64,000 nucleotides of DNA from Eledone cirrhosa (taxonomy: Eukaryota). The notes under the pieces were generated by a model. The model did no database searches. It had not been told where the DNA came from and saw only the letters and a program-made list of their open reading frames with translations. Made by a program: the position numbers and the translations under genes. This document shows, one piece after another, positions 16,963 to 30,849 of the stretch. The stretch spans positions 50,034,001 through 50,098,000 of the forward strand of contig OZ024750.1 in assembly GCA_964016885.1 (NCBI GenBank). Reading direction: 5' to 3'. How positions within the stretch are numbered: position 1 is the stretch's first letter; every line of letters begins with the position of its first letter.

Positions 16963-19900
16963 TATATATATATATATATATAATCATACTCCCTCTGTAA
17001 GAGCATAGAGTGCTCAACCGTCATACCGCCTATGGAAGCATTTTAGCTACCATCAGACACACATATATATATATATTACAAATCTTAAGGAAAATGCTGA
17101 CGGTGCATTCGGTTTGAGAACCAAACGTTATTTCTACAGCATCATGGAGGATGTATTTGAAAACCATTATGAAATTAATGATGGTGTAGTAATGGTTCTG
17201 GAGTTGAGCATACAATTGTGTAATGGGAGATTAAGCGTTTGCTTTATGGAAACAATGCAATTTTATTTCATATTATGCATTCTCGAATTTAATATTCCAA
17301 TACAAATTGAGTGCAATTATATTAATTAAAAGTGTTTATCGCTAATAGAAGTAAATTTAGTTTTGCCAGTTGTATTTGCGTGTAGAACTTTGCTTTTACA
17401 CAGTACTGTGACATCAATGATCCCTGATAACACTTTAGTATTTACAGTGTCAGCTAAAATTCTTAGCTATATTTATATAAGTGAGAATAACGTATTGTTT
17501 TATGATGAGATTGCATGTTGTTCCACATCATATTTTATTGAAATATTAGCAGCTGACTAACTCTGCTGACTTTTTCTATATGTAAATATTGCTTCTGTTT
17601 TCTATAGAACATACAATGTATTATACATGGTTAATGGAATGTGTTCACAGCTGTGCTATTATTTTACACTCTTGCAATTTATATAAAGCGGGCATTGTGC
17701 ATTACATAAGTTATTTCCTGTAATTTATGATCTAGATAATGTTAGGTAGTACGGTAGACGATATAGGCTATGTATAGTTCCTATGCTATTTAATTCAGTG
17801 ATTTAGTTTCGATTCTAGTGTATTCTATTGTTGTCAAGTCTTAGGTTCTTTGCAATATCACGTTTTTTAAATTCTGTTTCCCCTGTGTTGCATCTCCGTC
17901 GGTTCTGACGACGAGTGCTACAATGGTACGAACAACGGACATTCCTTCTCATGAAGTGAACGCCCAAGTAGCAGAACATTACACAAACAACTTCATCCAT
18001 AATGTATTTCTCGGGAAGATAAAACATGATACACTATGTAACAAGGCTGGCCATTTAAAATACACGCACAACTCTACAGAATACCGAAAACCTCTGGCTC
18101 AGAACCTACAAGCTAGTGATCATAAACCAAATATCCTAACAACTGCGGTACTCGCACTCACTTTCTTTACCTACGATATATAAGCATTATGATATTCTAT
18201 TACACATAATTAAAACAAATATATATTATGTAAATTAACAGATAATTTAGGCTTATAACGAACGGAAAATACTTGCAAAACCATTTTTTTAATTACTGAC
18301 TGTGAATTAAACAGAATAATATATGGAACCACTTTATTACATCAAACCTAATGCCATATAAGTTACTCTGTGAACTCTGTAGGAGGAGTATATTTGACAG
18401 ATTGGTTCAATCAGAGCTGACTCGGGATTAAGCAATACAAACATGAAATTGCATTGCCACTTGAAAAGAATTTGAATAATATAAAAGTAAGAATATTAAG
18501 TATATAATACTGACATATTTCTGAATACAAAGCTAGCTGCATGATACATATATTAAAATGTTTCAAATTTACATTATTGCTATTAGAATTTGAAGAGGTT
18601 AGAGTGCAGTAGTTGTTCAATTTGTAAAGAAGTTCACCTTAAATCTATGTGGTTACGTATTCACTCCCATTTTGCGAATTATTAGCAAAGTGCCGTCCAC
18701 CTTAAGGTCAGATCAATTGAACTCATCAATAAAATGTTGTATACGAACATTATATCGAATTATTTTCGACCCACTTATGCAAAAAATAGAAGTTTTATTT
18801 CATCTTCCTACGATGATTAACAAAATTGCATCCAAAATACTGCGATCGATATAATCAATCGTTCCCAATCAAGGCGACGCTTACCCGTTGAATAATTGTA
18901 GCACCTAAGAGATAAGAAAACAATATAAATATTATTCGTTCGTGGAAATAATTTTGTTATAACTAAATGCTTAAATTAATCAAGAAATAATGGGCATTGA
19001 GCAGGGTGTGCTTCTAGAAATATAGCACTTAGAATTAATAAAACATATTATAAGACAATGTAATAAAAAAAATGTTTTCTATGATTTATTGTATAATTCT
19101 CAAACGTTCTCACTAAGCTACTCGGTTGCACATTCATTTGTATTGGGGCCACATACAGCAAAGTCCTGCCGCTTACAAGCTTTGTAAGTTGATCCGCATA
19201 AGCATCAAATTAAAAATATTTTTGCTTGAAGCATGAACTGTTCCATTCAATGGTTACAAAATATCACATGGAACATTGGACACTACGATTATCAATCAGA
19301 TGCGGAATCGCCTATATGGTCAGGCAATTTGCTAAAAGCAGCAGGGAAGATTTTCAAGGATCGCATACCACTCCAGTAAAAATCTTAGAACGAATTGGAT
19401 ACAGTCAATAAATTAGACAGGATTAGCACAGTAAGAAAAGAAGTCACCAAACGTCAGTTTGTTCAGGGCTAGCAGCGAGGGATAAATGATACTGTACCGC
19501 CATAATTAATTATTGAGTAAATATTTGATATATTTCAGCGTGTGACGAGTTAATAGACCATGTAGAATTATGTTCCATAAATCAGTTTAATACATAGAAA
19601 AAAATAGTATCAACACCATAACATTTTTCAACGACATGAATATCAGAAACTGACATCTAAACTATAATAAAGCAAGGAGCGCGGGACTGCCTCCAGAATA
19701 TAATTGTTTTTATCCCATTTGTAAAATAAGTTGCATTACTTTGAATGAATAATGAATGAATATTACATAATGTATCTACTAAAATTCGTAACACATGATT
19801 AAACATATATTTCAATACTTCCGGTATATCTATAATAGAGAGAGAGAGAGTGAAAGAGAAAGATGAAGCGATTTGGATATTTTTCAACACGGTGATGTGT

Positions 19901-20008
19901 ATATGTGTGTGTGCATAGTGTGTATGCTGTTGATCTTTGATTTCATAAAATTGCTAGAGCGAGAAAGAGAGATTGTATGTGTGAGTATATAAAGAGAGGA
20001 GTGACTGT

Positions 20009-20053
<45 letters not shown>

Positions 20054-20220
20054 TTGATACGCGTTTTGCTGCTACCACAGTTGTTATGACTACCTCATAC
20101 TACTCTCTCTCTCTCTCTCTCAGGTGTTCGAATAGCAGACGATAATACATATTTCAACCATATATTTATTTCAAAGATTTCTTTTCTCCGTTTCAGCTAT
20201 ATATATATATATATATATAT

Positions 20221-20415
20221 ATAGGAAAAAGTATGACCCTGATGGAAGAGCTCAAGCCGTTTTGACGGCTATTTCTGGCGTCCAGATATAATCGTCGAAA
20301 CGGCTTGAGCTCTGCTGTCGGTGTCATAATTTTTCCTATTTCCTACACTACTACCCTAAGTATTGAGTACTCTGGTGCGTTATGGTCCATCTGGTTCCTT
20401 ACCACAATTCCTTTG
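20221..20415. mobile_element. Short fold-back element in (TA)n
   Basis: ataggaaaaa..agagctcaagccgttttgacg is mirrored by cgtcgaaacggcttgagctct..tttttcctat; the tail is shared with 2930-3005. Confidence 0.7.
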
Positions 20416-20431
20416 TTATATATATATATAT

Positions 20432-20980
20432 ATATATAAATGTAAGTATGTTTTTGAAACAGTGAGCGAGTTTGAAATTAGAAATATAAGCCATCACCTG
20501 ATAGTGGGGTTTAGAACCCTCAGAGAAATGGAAAAAGATGAGTATTGACGTACATGGGAGTCGAACCCACATCTTTGGTTATCCAGACCACTGTGCTACC
20601 ATTACAACAACACATGACCCATCTCTTTCCATTCAAATTAGAAGCTACATTCTTAGCGAGAGAAAATGACAAGTAAGTCTAAAAATTACTTTAGTCAAAA
20701 ATATGGTGATAGCTTATATTTCTAATTTCAAACTCGGTCACTGTTTCAAAAACATACTTACTTGTAATTTTCACTCGCTAAGGATGTAGGCTCTAATTTG
20801 AATGGAATGAGATGGGTGATGTGTTGGTGTAATGGAATCACAGTGGTCTGGATAATCATATATGTGGATTCGAATCCCATGTACGTCAATACACACCTTT
20901 TTTCCATTTCTCTGAGGGTTCTAAAACCCCACTACCAGGCTAAAAATGACTTTAGTCAAAAATACGGTGATAACTTATAT
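20432..20980. mobile_element. Rearranged inverted/direct repeat element containing a tRNA-like cloverleaf
   Basis: 20432-20490 is inverted at 20704-20762; 20490-20675 is inverted at 20757-20940; ctaaaaat(t/g)actttagtcaaaaata is repeated at 20679 and 20940. Confidence 0.75.
20818..20888 (+). pseudogene. tRNA-like sequence inside a repeat element (inverted copy at 20546-20616)
   Basis: Acceptor gatgtgt/gtacgtc, A-box tggtgtaatgg, loop ctggata, B-box ggattcgaatccc (ggttcgactccc in the other copy), T-run about 10 nt downstream. Confidence 0.6.
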
Positions 20981-21059
20981 ATATATTTATATTTATATTT
21001 TAACATATATTTACTTCTAACATTTCACCGTAGAGATACCATGCATTTATACATAGAGT

Positions 21060-24000
21060 GAATATTGGGCGCAGAAAACATTTCTCATCTAAATGCCAAC
21101 ACATGGCAACAGACGCACAATGACAAAGAGAGAAGAAGGCAAATCAGTCAAACAATAATCGCTCTACAACATCCCAACACAGTTCTACAAATGTAATCCA
21201 GTTAACACACCAACAACAACTGGCAACAAATGCACCAAACGTTCAGACATGAAGGAACCGGTCAATTGAAGGTATGGCAAAGAATCCTGAAGATGAACCT
21301 TTTCAAGAGAAAACTCTTCTTTCCATAATGCCACAACATAATGCAGGGAGTCTCTTTGCCTCTGTTTGTCGGCACTGCAAAGCTTAATGCTGACTGTATG
21401 AACCGAAATCTTTGCGCTGCTTCCAGGGAAAAGTGACACTCCCTCAACTTTCTCCTCCTCCACCAAATATACTGAAATATTTCGATATCACTCAACCACG
21501 AAATTATTTTCTCCATAAGATACGGGGATATAACAATGTGCCTGCCTTAGCTTCAATTGGTTGCAAAGAGATTAAAGTACCAGGATTTAGTCCCACATTT
21601 AAAATCCAAGGTAAGATTTATCACTAATTCCAACTGATGCTTCACCCAATTTTTTCCCAGCTATACTTCTATCATGCAGATCATGAGCTTCAGAATCGCT
21701 TGCATCATGCTAATTTAGATGCTGCTGTCCAGCAGGACCTGCAAAGAGACTTGCACGACTGCAACACCTATATAAGAAGCTTCAAGTCAGTCATTAAAAT
21801 ACCGCTCTCTGAAAATGTGAATATTGACCTACATGCTGACAGAGTAAAACCCACTGATTTTCATTGTCGCACATATAACCTTCCAATGGCATCTAAGATT
21901 GCTGTTATTAAACCAGCATTAGGTTTTTGGGTGTCATCATTCATAGAAGAGATGGTGCTCTTCAGAGGATTCATCAGTTCCACCGTTCTTATGATCCTCC
22001 GATTTATGTGCTACTGTTTCCTTGGGGGAATGATGGGTTTCAAGTTGGTTTGAAAAGGATTGACAACAACCACACACTCACACTCACTGATTTCTACTGT
22101 TATCGGTTTCAGGTTAGGTAAGGTGACTGTAACTTTATCATGAAAAGCAGGCGGCTGATGCAGCAATATGCTGTAGATGCCCTGGCAAAAATAAAACATT
22201 GTCGCCTCAAATGGGCCCACAACAATCACACCATGATACGAGCTGCAAAGTATGAGGGTTTGTATGATGCTGTGGCTGAAGGAGATTCAGTAACTGCAGG
22301 CCTGAGAATTGTTCTTCTGTCTCCCATCTATGAATCTCCTCACGTCTACAGTGTGTGCTTTCAGAATTCGATGACTGTGGTTCGACACATGGGAAAGCCA
22401 TATTATTCCATCACGGTAACAACTAACCCTAACTGGGATGAAATAAAAAATAGTTTGCACCCTGGTGAAGAACCTAGAGACCATCCTGATATTTGTGCAA
22501 AGGTTTTCAAGATCAAGTATGACAGCTTCATGGATGACATATTGAATATAAATGTCCCAGGAGAAGTTGTGGCTCATTCTGCTACAATAGAGTGGCAAAA
22601 ACGAGGCTTCACTCATGCTCTTATGTTGCTGATAATGGCTGAAGATAGCAAGCCCAAAACTGCTGATGCCATTGATCAGGTTGTGTAGTTTGAGATTCCT
22701 GATAAAGAGACCAATCCAATTCTGATACGATCATCAGAACCTGCAACATTCATGGCCCATGTGGACAAGTTAATATGATGTGCCCATGTATGGAAGGGCT
22801 AGGATAACAACGCCATTGCTCAAAAAGTTATCTCAAGGCATTCAGACAAACCACATTTGTTGTCGAACATTTCTTTCCGGAGTATAGAAGAAGGGATAGA
22901 CAGCATGGTGGTCACACCCATACAATCCAACTTAAATGTCAATAATTTACTGTTGATAATCGTTTGATTGTTCCATAAAACCCTCTCATCTCATTGAGAT
23001 ATCAGTGCCACATCAATTGTGATGCTGTCCACAGTGTCAAGGCTGTTAAGTACCTATATAAGTACATCACGAAAGGATCAGACAAGATCACTTTCACTAT
23101 TAAGGATGATCAAGGAAATTATGTCCATGCCCAAAATGAGATTGTGACCTATATCAATGCACCGTACATCTCAGCCCAGTAAAGCATTCTGGAGAATCTA
23201 TGAATTTCCATTACATTATTGAACACCGCCAGTTGAAAAGTTGCCTTGCCATTTACCTGGGGAACAAATGGTCGTGTATGAGCGAGGACAGGAAGAAAGT
23301 GTTGTTTCTTGGGGACAGCCAATGATTAAGTTGACGGAATATTTTCAACTGAATATTAGAGATCCACTGGCACAAAACATAGTGTATATTGACATTCCTA
23401 ACTATTTCACTTGGACAAAGAAAAAGTGGCAAAGAAGACAAAACGGACATCTGGATGCTGATCAACAATTTACGAGTGAATCTCTTGGACGCATTCCAAC
23501 AGTATCACTCAGTAGACATCAATATGCATAATATTACCTCAAAATGATCCTACATCACAAGGCTGGGTCAACGTCATACAAATAATTGAGGTGAATTGAA
23601 GGAGTTGAATTTCTAACATTCCAAGAGGCATGCAGGAATCTTGGTCTGTTAGACGAAGATGGAGAAAAAGACAAAGCTATGGAAGAGGCCTCACCCATTA
23701 CGCTTGGTCCTCAGCTGCGAGAGATTTCTGCACCATTTTATTGTACTGCATGCCAAATGAACGTCTGCAGTTCGGGGAGAAATGGAAGAATTTTCTTGCA
23801 GAGGATATCATGCAATAACGCCGTGAGCAAGTCATGTCCATGCAAACCGTGCAGATTGTTCTACAGAAGATGCAACAAAGACTTCAACATGATGGCTTGG
23901 ACATTCATGCCAACTATGGACTTCCTCGGCCAGATCCAACTATTGTTGCCATACCAGAAAACAACAGGGTTCTTATGGCAGAAACTGATTTCAATAATAC

Positions 24001-25390
24001 CAACTGCAAGCAAACATAAATTAACTTCTGCCAACATTGAATCCTTAGAAACTGGTTATTTTTTCACAAAGTAATCACCTTTGTAACTGAAAATGAAGGC
24101 AGAATGTTCTGCTTTAATGCAAATGCAGGTACAGGAAAGACCTATGTCATAAACATCCTATTGGATTACCTGCGATCTAAAAAAGAAAATTGCACTTGCG
24201 ACTGCCATATCTGGAATAGCAGCCACTTTACTTCACAAATGTAGAACACTTCATTCCAAGTGCAAGATTCCTCTCAATGTGACTCAATCAACTATCTCCT
24301 TCCCAAAGAGGGATGACACAGGTAAACCTATGCAGCAAGCTCACCTGCTAATCATTGATGCGATAGGTATGGGACATAAGCATATCTTTGAATACCTTGA
24401 CATGAGCTTCAAAGATGTTCGAGAATGCAAAAAGCCATTTGGTGGTCTAACAGTATTACTACCTGGTGACTGGAAGCACATTTTTCCTGTTGTACGTCAT
24501 GGTGCCAGATCACAAATAGTTGAGGCAACCATCAAGAGATCCTATCTCTGGGACTATGTGGAAACCATGGAGATGACAACCAATCAACGGTTAATTAATA
24601 CAGAGGATTCTGATGAAAGACAGTTTGCAAACTACCTTCTTCATGTGGGAAATGGTAACTTCCAACTGTTCCAACTGTAGGTGTATTAACAATTATTCTG
24701 CCAAATGAACTGTGTATGGAATATGGTAATGTGTCAGGACTGTGTATACAAATCTTCCAGGAAACTACACAAACCCACTATCGCTTGGAAATAGAGCCAT
24801 TATCACCCCCAACAAATCATGCAGCAAGATTGGTGAGGGAGTTCATGGTCAACAAGTTCCCTGGTCATGATATAATCTACAGAAGCTCTGATACAGTAGA
24901 TAATGAACTGCAATATCCAATTGAGTTCATAAACAAACTTGCACCATCAGGATTCTCAACACACATACTTAAACTGAAGAAAGGCAGTTGCATCATGCTT
25001 CTGATAAATCTGGATCCTCTAAATAGGCATTGCAATGGTACACGCTACATCATCATCAGTTTACATAATCATGTCATTGAAGCTGAAGTGGCATTGGGTC
25101 CCAATGCTGGAACAAGTTTGCTAATCCCAAGGATACCACATGTATCTCAAGTGCTTGAGTTCCATTTACTCACAAGCAATTTCCAGTCAAACCAGCCTTA
25201 GCCCTTACATACAGCAAGGCACATGGGCAGACATTTGAAAAGATAGGTGTATATCTACCAACACAATTATTCTCACATGGTCAGATGTATGTTGCATTAT
25301 CACGACTTACAAAAAAAAGAAAATATAAAATTATCAAATGAAATGGGTCTTTTACTGTGTCTACAAAGAAATTCTACAGTGATGTGAAAC
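21060..25390 (+). mobile_element. Helitron Rep/Helicase, decayed
   Basis: FKIQGKIYH, YDP..YVLLFPWG.DG, RLMQQYAVD; Rep motifs GKPYYSITVTTNPNW, EWQKRGFTHALML and VKYLYKYITKG; PIF1 helicase motifs AGTGKT (~24124), PFGG...GDW, CNGTR and FSHGQMYVALSR. Many stops; termini not recognised. Confidence 0.92.
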
Positions 25391-25863
25391 AGCTCTTTTA
25401 GTTGAAATGCATTTCAGTTTCTTTTTAACTGCTAGAAAAGGGACACTACAAAGGCTTAAGTAGTCTATACGAGAATACAGTAAAACAACAATATAGCTAG
25501 GGTCAACTCAAAATAATGGTAAAGGTAATTCATTCAGTCATACCAGCAGCATTTATTTTCAAATTCAATGCTTGAAGCTTCCCATCGACATTCTCAAGTG
25601 AAGATTCATGAACATTTTCCGTCAACGGTTTCATCTCTTTTCCATCTCCATCATCGCTTTCTTTAAAATGTTTCACGGATTACTTTACTGATTACAGAAG
25701 TAAGTTTAACACAGCCATTGTTCAGTTTATGTGCATATTGTCAACTTATGTATCATATCTATGTGCATATATATTTGCGTATATCAATATGAAATGCACA
25801 CTATATATGCTATTTGTTTAGACACACGATGTTATATAAAAAACCGCGAAAACAAACACAGTC

Positions 25864-25929
<66 letters not shown>

Positions 25930-25982
25930 TTTGTATATATATATATGTATATATATACAAGGAAGATGGGTAACTATCCAGG

Positions 25983-26862
25983 TAACAGAATCATGTAAGA
26001 GGAAATGTAGAATGAGACGTATGGTGTGTAGAGGAACGTTGGAAAGAGTCTAAAATAATAACACGAGATAGAGTGACATTAGAACTGACTTAATTGTCCG
26101 TATATTTCGGATTTCGCATCCATCAACTGGGGTTTTCCGAGGGGGAAAGTTTTTAGTCGCAGACTACCAATACCAACACCACACCTGCAAGTATTTAATA
26201 CTGAATATAAGAAATTGAGAGCGAAGATGCGTACGAACTGAGACATCCCCCTTCCAATACTCTAGTATAGAAGAACTGCCTCGACCTTTGTCTGAGCGTA
26301 GATATTCTGCGCGCGCACACGCGCTTCGGAGTAGTTCAGTTGTACACACACGATAGACTAAAAACTTTCTGCCTTGGAAAACACACAGTTGGTGGATGCG
26401 AAATCAGAGATATAGAGGCTTACTAAACGACCAATTTTATTATTCAACAATGCTTCAAGCAAACTTCAACACTCTCATATATATGACAATGATTAATATT
26501 GTTATCATAATATTATACATCTGCGGTCGTTTTAGAACAAAGCAATGAGCACTCTTCATAAAAAACATCATTTCTACCAATTCCTGCTATAACCATTTAA
26601 CATATATGTAAAAAAACGTTCGTAACCCTTTACCTGTCTACAAATTAGATACACAAACTTGTGCTTTTGCTTTTGTATACTGTGAATCATGTATTATTCT
26701 AGATAATTTCTCTTATGATTTTAATCAATTTATTGTTATTTTTTATTATGCGGGTTTGAGTAAGGCACCAATAATCGAGTAACTTAACTGATAGTATCAG
26801 TTTTTTTTCAATTGATTAAATAATTTAGCCGCGTTGACACGACTGTAGATGTATAAAGAAAT
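25983..26862. repeat. ~880-bp dispersed element with an internal inverted repeat; second copy inverted at 38510-39410
   Basis: taacagaatcatgtaagaggaaatgtagaatgagac and tgtagatgtataaagaaata occur reverse-complemented at about 39410 and 38510; internal arms at 26101-26160 and 26356-26415. Confidence 0.85.
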
Positions 26863-27011
26863 ATTAGTAATTCTACTCCTTGTTCTTATTGAATTTTGAA
26901 TTATAAATGCTCTTCTACTATAACTGTTTGTTCCCGAAGAACGAATGGTAAAAACGTGCATTGACCTTAACTCACCTTACCAATAAAAATAGTGAACTAT
27001 TACACTATATG

Positions 27012-27190
27012 CTCGTATAGGTAGAGGGTTGGACTCCGTGCTTTGACGCATTGAGTTATGGGCCTTGCTATTCTGATTTCAAAGCACGTCGAGGTTAACT
27101 TTGACTTTCATCCTTACAGGGTCGATAAAATAAAGTACCAGTAATACAGCGGGGTCATAGCTGGCCTTGTGCCAAAGGTAGAAACAATTA
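27012..27190 (+). mobile_element. tRNA-derived SINE copy
   Basis: gaggttaactttgactttcatccttacagggtcgataaaataaagtaccag...ggccttgtgccaaaggtagaaacaatta. Confidence 0.85.
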
Positions 27191-27310
27191 TATTACTGAT
27201 AGTTCAATAAAACGACGTAGGTGGACAACTGGAACAACAACAACGATTTCATATGGAAAAGAAAAACAATAATAGGTGTTAGAGGGATTCATAAGTTTCA
27301 ATTCTGTTCT

Positions 27311-27370
<60 letters not shown>

Positions 27371-27373
<3 letters not shown>

Positions 27374-27932
27374 TTGAAATAAAATGAAAACGAAATTTCA
27401 TTTCTCACTCTTAGTTTGGCACTTACTTAAATGTAAGTATGTATGTATACGTACATACATATATGTATACAGACGTACATTAGCATGCATATATATATAC
27501 ATACAGGTACACATACATATATGCACGCATCAGTTTAGCGGACGCTTATTATAACGCCGCTTTGTTCGTTTGTAAACAAACTGAACAGCCTGAATTTATG
27601 CCATACGGTGTTAAGGTAACCACGTCACCTTTTTGTTCAACACTGACACAGGAACGATGTACTAGTTTCAAGCTTGTTAGCTATCATCAGCACCGCATAC
27701 CCATCTGCCAGATAGTTGAACGTTCGAAAGTATATACTTTCCTTATGAAAATTAACGGCTGAGCACCCTAATTTGCATATTGAGTGAGTTAAATCGGTCA
27801 GGCATACCGAAAACGATAGGTTGAAATAAAATGAAAACGAAATTTCATTTCTCACTCTTAGTATGGCACTTACTTAAATGTAAGTATGTATGTATACGTA
27901 CATACATATATGTATACAGACGTACATTAGCA

Positions 27933-27994
<62 letters not shown>

Positions 27995-28230
27995 TACATA
28001 CAGGTGCACATACATATATGCACGCATCAGTTTAGCGGACGCTTATTATAACGCCGCTTTGTTCGTTTGTAAACAAACTGAACAGTCTGAATTTATGCCA
28101 TACGGTGTTAAGGCAACCACGTCACCTTTTTGTTCAACACTGACACAGGAACGATGTACTAGTTTCAAGCTTGTAAGAGTGAGAAATGAAATTTCGTTTT
28201 CATTTTATTTCAACCTATCGTTTTCGGTAT
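27371..28230 (-). mobile_element. Tandem/inverted HHR-bearing non-autonomous element (family also at 29610-30165 and 63460-64000)
   Basis: Direct repeat starts at 27371 and 27818, with a short inverted tail at 28175-28228; minus-strand HHR at 27655-27695 (cggtg CTGATGA tagct-aaca-agctt GAAA ctag TA catcg). Confidence 0.8.
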
Positions 28231-28254
28231 AAACCATATTTATAAAACCATATT

Positions 28255-28319
28255 TATTTCATTATACATATTTCAGGGATACCAAATTAAAATATGGTAT
28301 GCCTTCATCAGACAAAATA
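28255..28319 (-). ncRNA. Hammerhead motif, same family as 4788-4852
   Basis: Reverse complement reads tattttgt CTGATGA aggcatacca..tggtatccct GAAA tatgta TA atgaaata. Confidence 0.7.
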
Positions 28320-28664
28320 CAATATATAAACAGTTTTATAAATAATTTTGACTTACCGTATTAAATGCAACCATTATTTTTGGAAGCTGTCTGGATATCT
28401 TCAATTTTATTATTATTACTATATATATTATTACTATATATATTATTACTATATATATATGAATGGACCTGTTGTTTTTATCTAAAAACAACTTTTCAAC
28501 TTCCATCCCGTCCGTCCTCTCAATCTATTTTACTTCTCATTCTTTCTTCTGATGAAGGACTAGCGTCCGTAACGTTAAGACCCTCCTGCTGCTATATCAA
28601 GCGTTAACCTAATATGTACCTTCCATATACTGTACCAATTGTGTTGTTATTTTTGTTTACCTTT

Positions 28665-28696
<32 letters not shown>

Positions 28697-28724
28697 CACT
28701 CATATATATATATATATATATATG

Positions 28725-28885
<161 letters not shown>

Positions 28886-28909
28886 AGATATATATATATA
28901 CATATATAT

Positions 28910-29547
28910 AGAAGTGGTTACACAACAGTCAGTTCATCATACCGAGAACAATTGTTTCATCTTAGCGTATTCTTACCTCGGAATGGGCATGGTTATAGGA
29001 ACAGGAAGTACGAACGCGCATGCGCAGAAACCCGGTCACTTCACACATGCAATACTAGACTGCGTGCGAGAGGTGTAAGGGAGATATGGTCCCTCAAGGA
29101 CTCAAGTATAGACTAATATATTCAATGGAAAGACATCACTAAATTCAAGCCATAAGCAAGGGGAAATCCGACGTGTGGCTTATGTATCGACGAACGAATA
29201 ACTATTCTAAAGAGATTACGCAATAGTGATTGCCTAAACACGAGGAGTGATTTATTCACACGCTGTCCACACGTCGCCAAACATCTATTGCATAACTTCA
29301 AGGCTTCGAACTGATTCTTTGTAATTTTATTTTCAACCTAAAAACATTTCGGACTTTCGCAGTTATCCCCCTTACACCTCTCGCACGCAATCTAGTATTG
29401 CCTGCGTGAAGGGGCTGGGTTCTGCGCATGCGTGTTCGTACGGTTGTCCTTCCTGTTCCTATAACTATGCCCATTCCGAGCTGAGGATCCACTAAGGTGA
29501 AACCTTTGTTCTCGGTATGGTGAACTAACTGTTGTTTAACCACTTCT
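28910..29547 (+). mobile_element. 5'-truncated PLE with inverted pseudo-LTR
   Basis: Arms 28910-29082 and 29364-29547. The spacer translates to WSLKD..IQWK..CGLCIDER..CLNTRSDLFTRCPH, a PLE GIY-YIG C-terminus. HHR at 29476-29515 (ccgag CTGAGGA..GAAA..ctcgg). Confidence 0.85.
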
Positions 29548-29609
29548 ACCTAACTAGTCCCTTGGAATGAGTGCTCTAGCACTACGGATATTACCTTCCA
29601 GAGTACGAA

Positions 29610-30165
29610 TTTTCATTTCTCACTCTTAGTACGGCACTTACGTGTATATATATATATATATGTGTGAATGTATGTATATATATACATACTACTGTACGTC
29701 TGTATACATATATGTATGTACATATACATACATACTTACATTTAAGTAAGTGCCGTAATAAGAGTGAGAAATGAAATTTTGTTTCATTCTATTCCATTTA
29801 TCGTTTTTGGTGTGCCCGGCCGACTGAACTCACTCGATATGCAAATTAAGCTGCTCAGCCGTTAATATGCATAAGGAAAATATATACTTTCAGACCTTCA
29901 ACCATCTGGCAGGAAGGTATACGATGCTGACGATAGCTAATAAGCTTGAAACTAGTACATCGTTTCTGAGACAGTGTTGAACAAAAAGGTGACGTGGTTG
30001 CCTAAACACTGTACGGCGTAATCCGGGCTGTTTGTTTGTTTACAAACAAACAAACCGAGCATTATAATAAATGTTCGGTAAACCGATACGTGCATATATA
30101 TATGTGTGTGCATGTATGTATATATATATACATACTACTGTACCTCTGTATACATATATGTATAT
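29610..30165 (+). mobile_element. HHR-bearing fold-back element, family of 27371-28230
   Basis: Reverse-complement similarity to 27390-27830; short inverted arm tttcatttctcactctta at 29611. Confidence 0.8.
29921..29963 (+). ncRNA. Minimal type I hammerhead ribozyme motif
   Basis: Stem I acgatg/catcgt; CTGACGA; stem II agct-aata-agct; GAAA; palindromic stem III actagt; GUA triplet. Confidence 0.8.
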
Positions 30166-30773
30166 AATATGAGAAGAAAGAAGAATACTGCGTGGTTGCA
30201 CATGGGTTACATATGATAAAATTACTCCTTCGTCAGTGATTTGACAACAATATTGATATTTCATCGCATTAAAAATCATATACCTCACGTTGGTGCGAGC
30301 AATAACTAAAAAAAGCTATTGGGACAAGTGAATCGCGTAAAGCGAGTGAGACAAGTAAACAACATAGAAGGATACAAGCAAACCGAAGATAGGAAAATAT
30401 ACAAGCAACATGGTTATCCGGTCAGCATAAGCTGGGTGGATTTCATGAGCGAACGCGATACAGACGGTCCGACGTGAGTGAGATGTGAGCAAGAAGAGAA
30501 CCCACTACTAGCCAAACGGGAGGAAGTGAGAAGGGGAGAAACAGAGAGTGAGTGAGTGGAAGTGCGAGGAAGAGGTCAGTCAAGAGAAAGTGTAACTGAC
30601 AGAGGAGGCGAAAGAAGGTGAGAGCAACAGAGAGAACGGGCGAGCAGTAAGAGAGAAAAAGACAAACGCAGCCGAGGTAGATATATATATATATATATGT
30701 ATTGAAGTTTCCGTAGAAAATTGAAAAATTCAGAGAAATTAAGAGTGCTCTATGTAAGTTACAGAGCTTATAA

Positions 30774-30843
<70 letters not shown>

Positions 30844-30849
<6 letters not shown>

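Noticed and set aside
20818-20888. Functional tRNA gene
   Set aside because: Wobble-rich stems, a GGA anticodon without the long Ser variable arm, two diverged copies, and location inside a repeat element.
28545-28580. Hammerhead with CTGATGA and a ggac/gtcc stem
   Set aside because: GAAA is mutated to GTAA, so it is counted only as a decayed motif.
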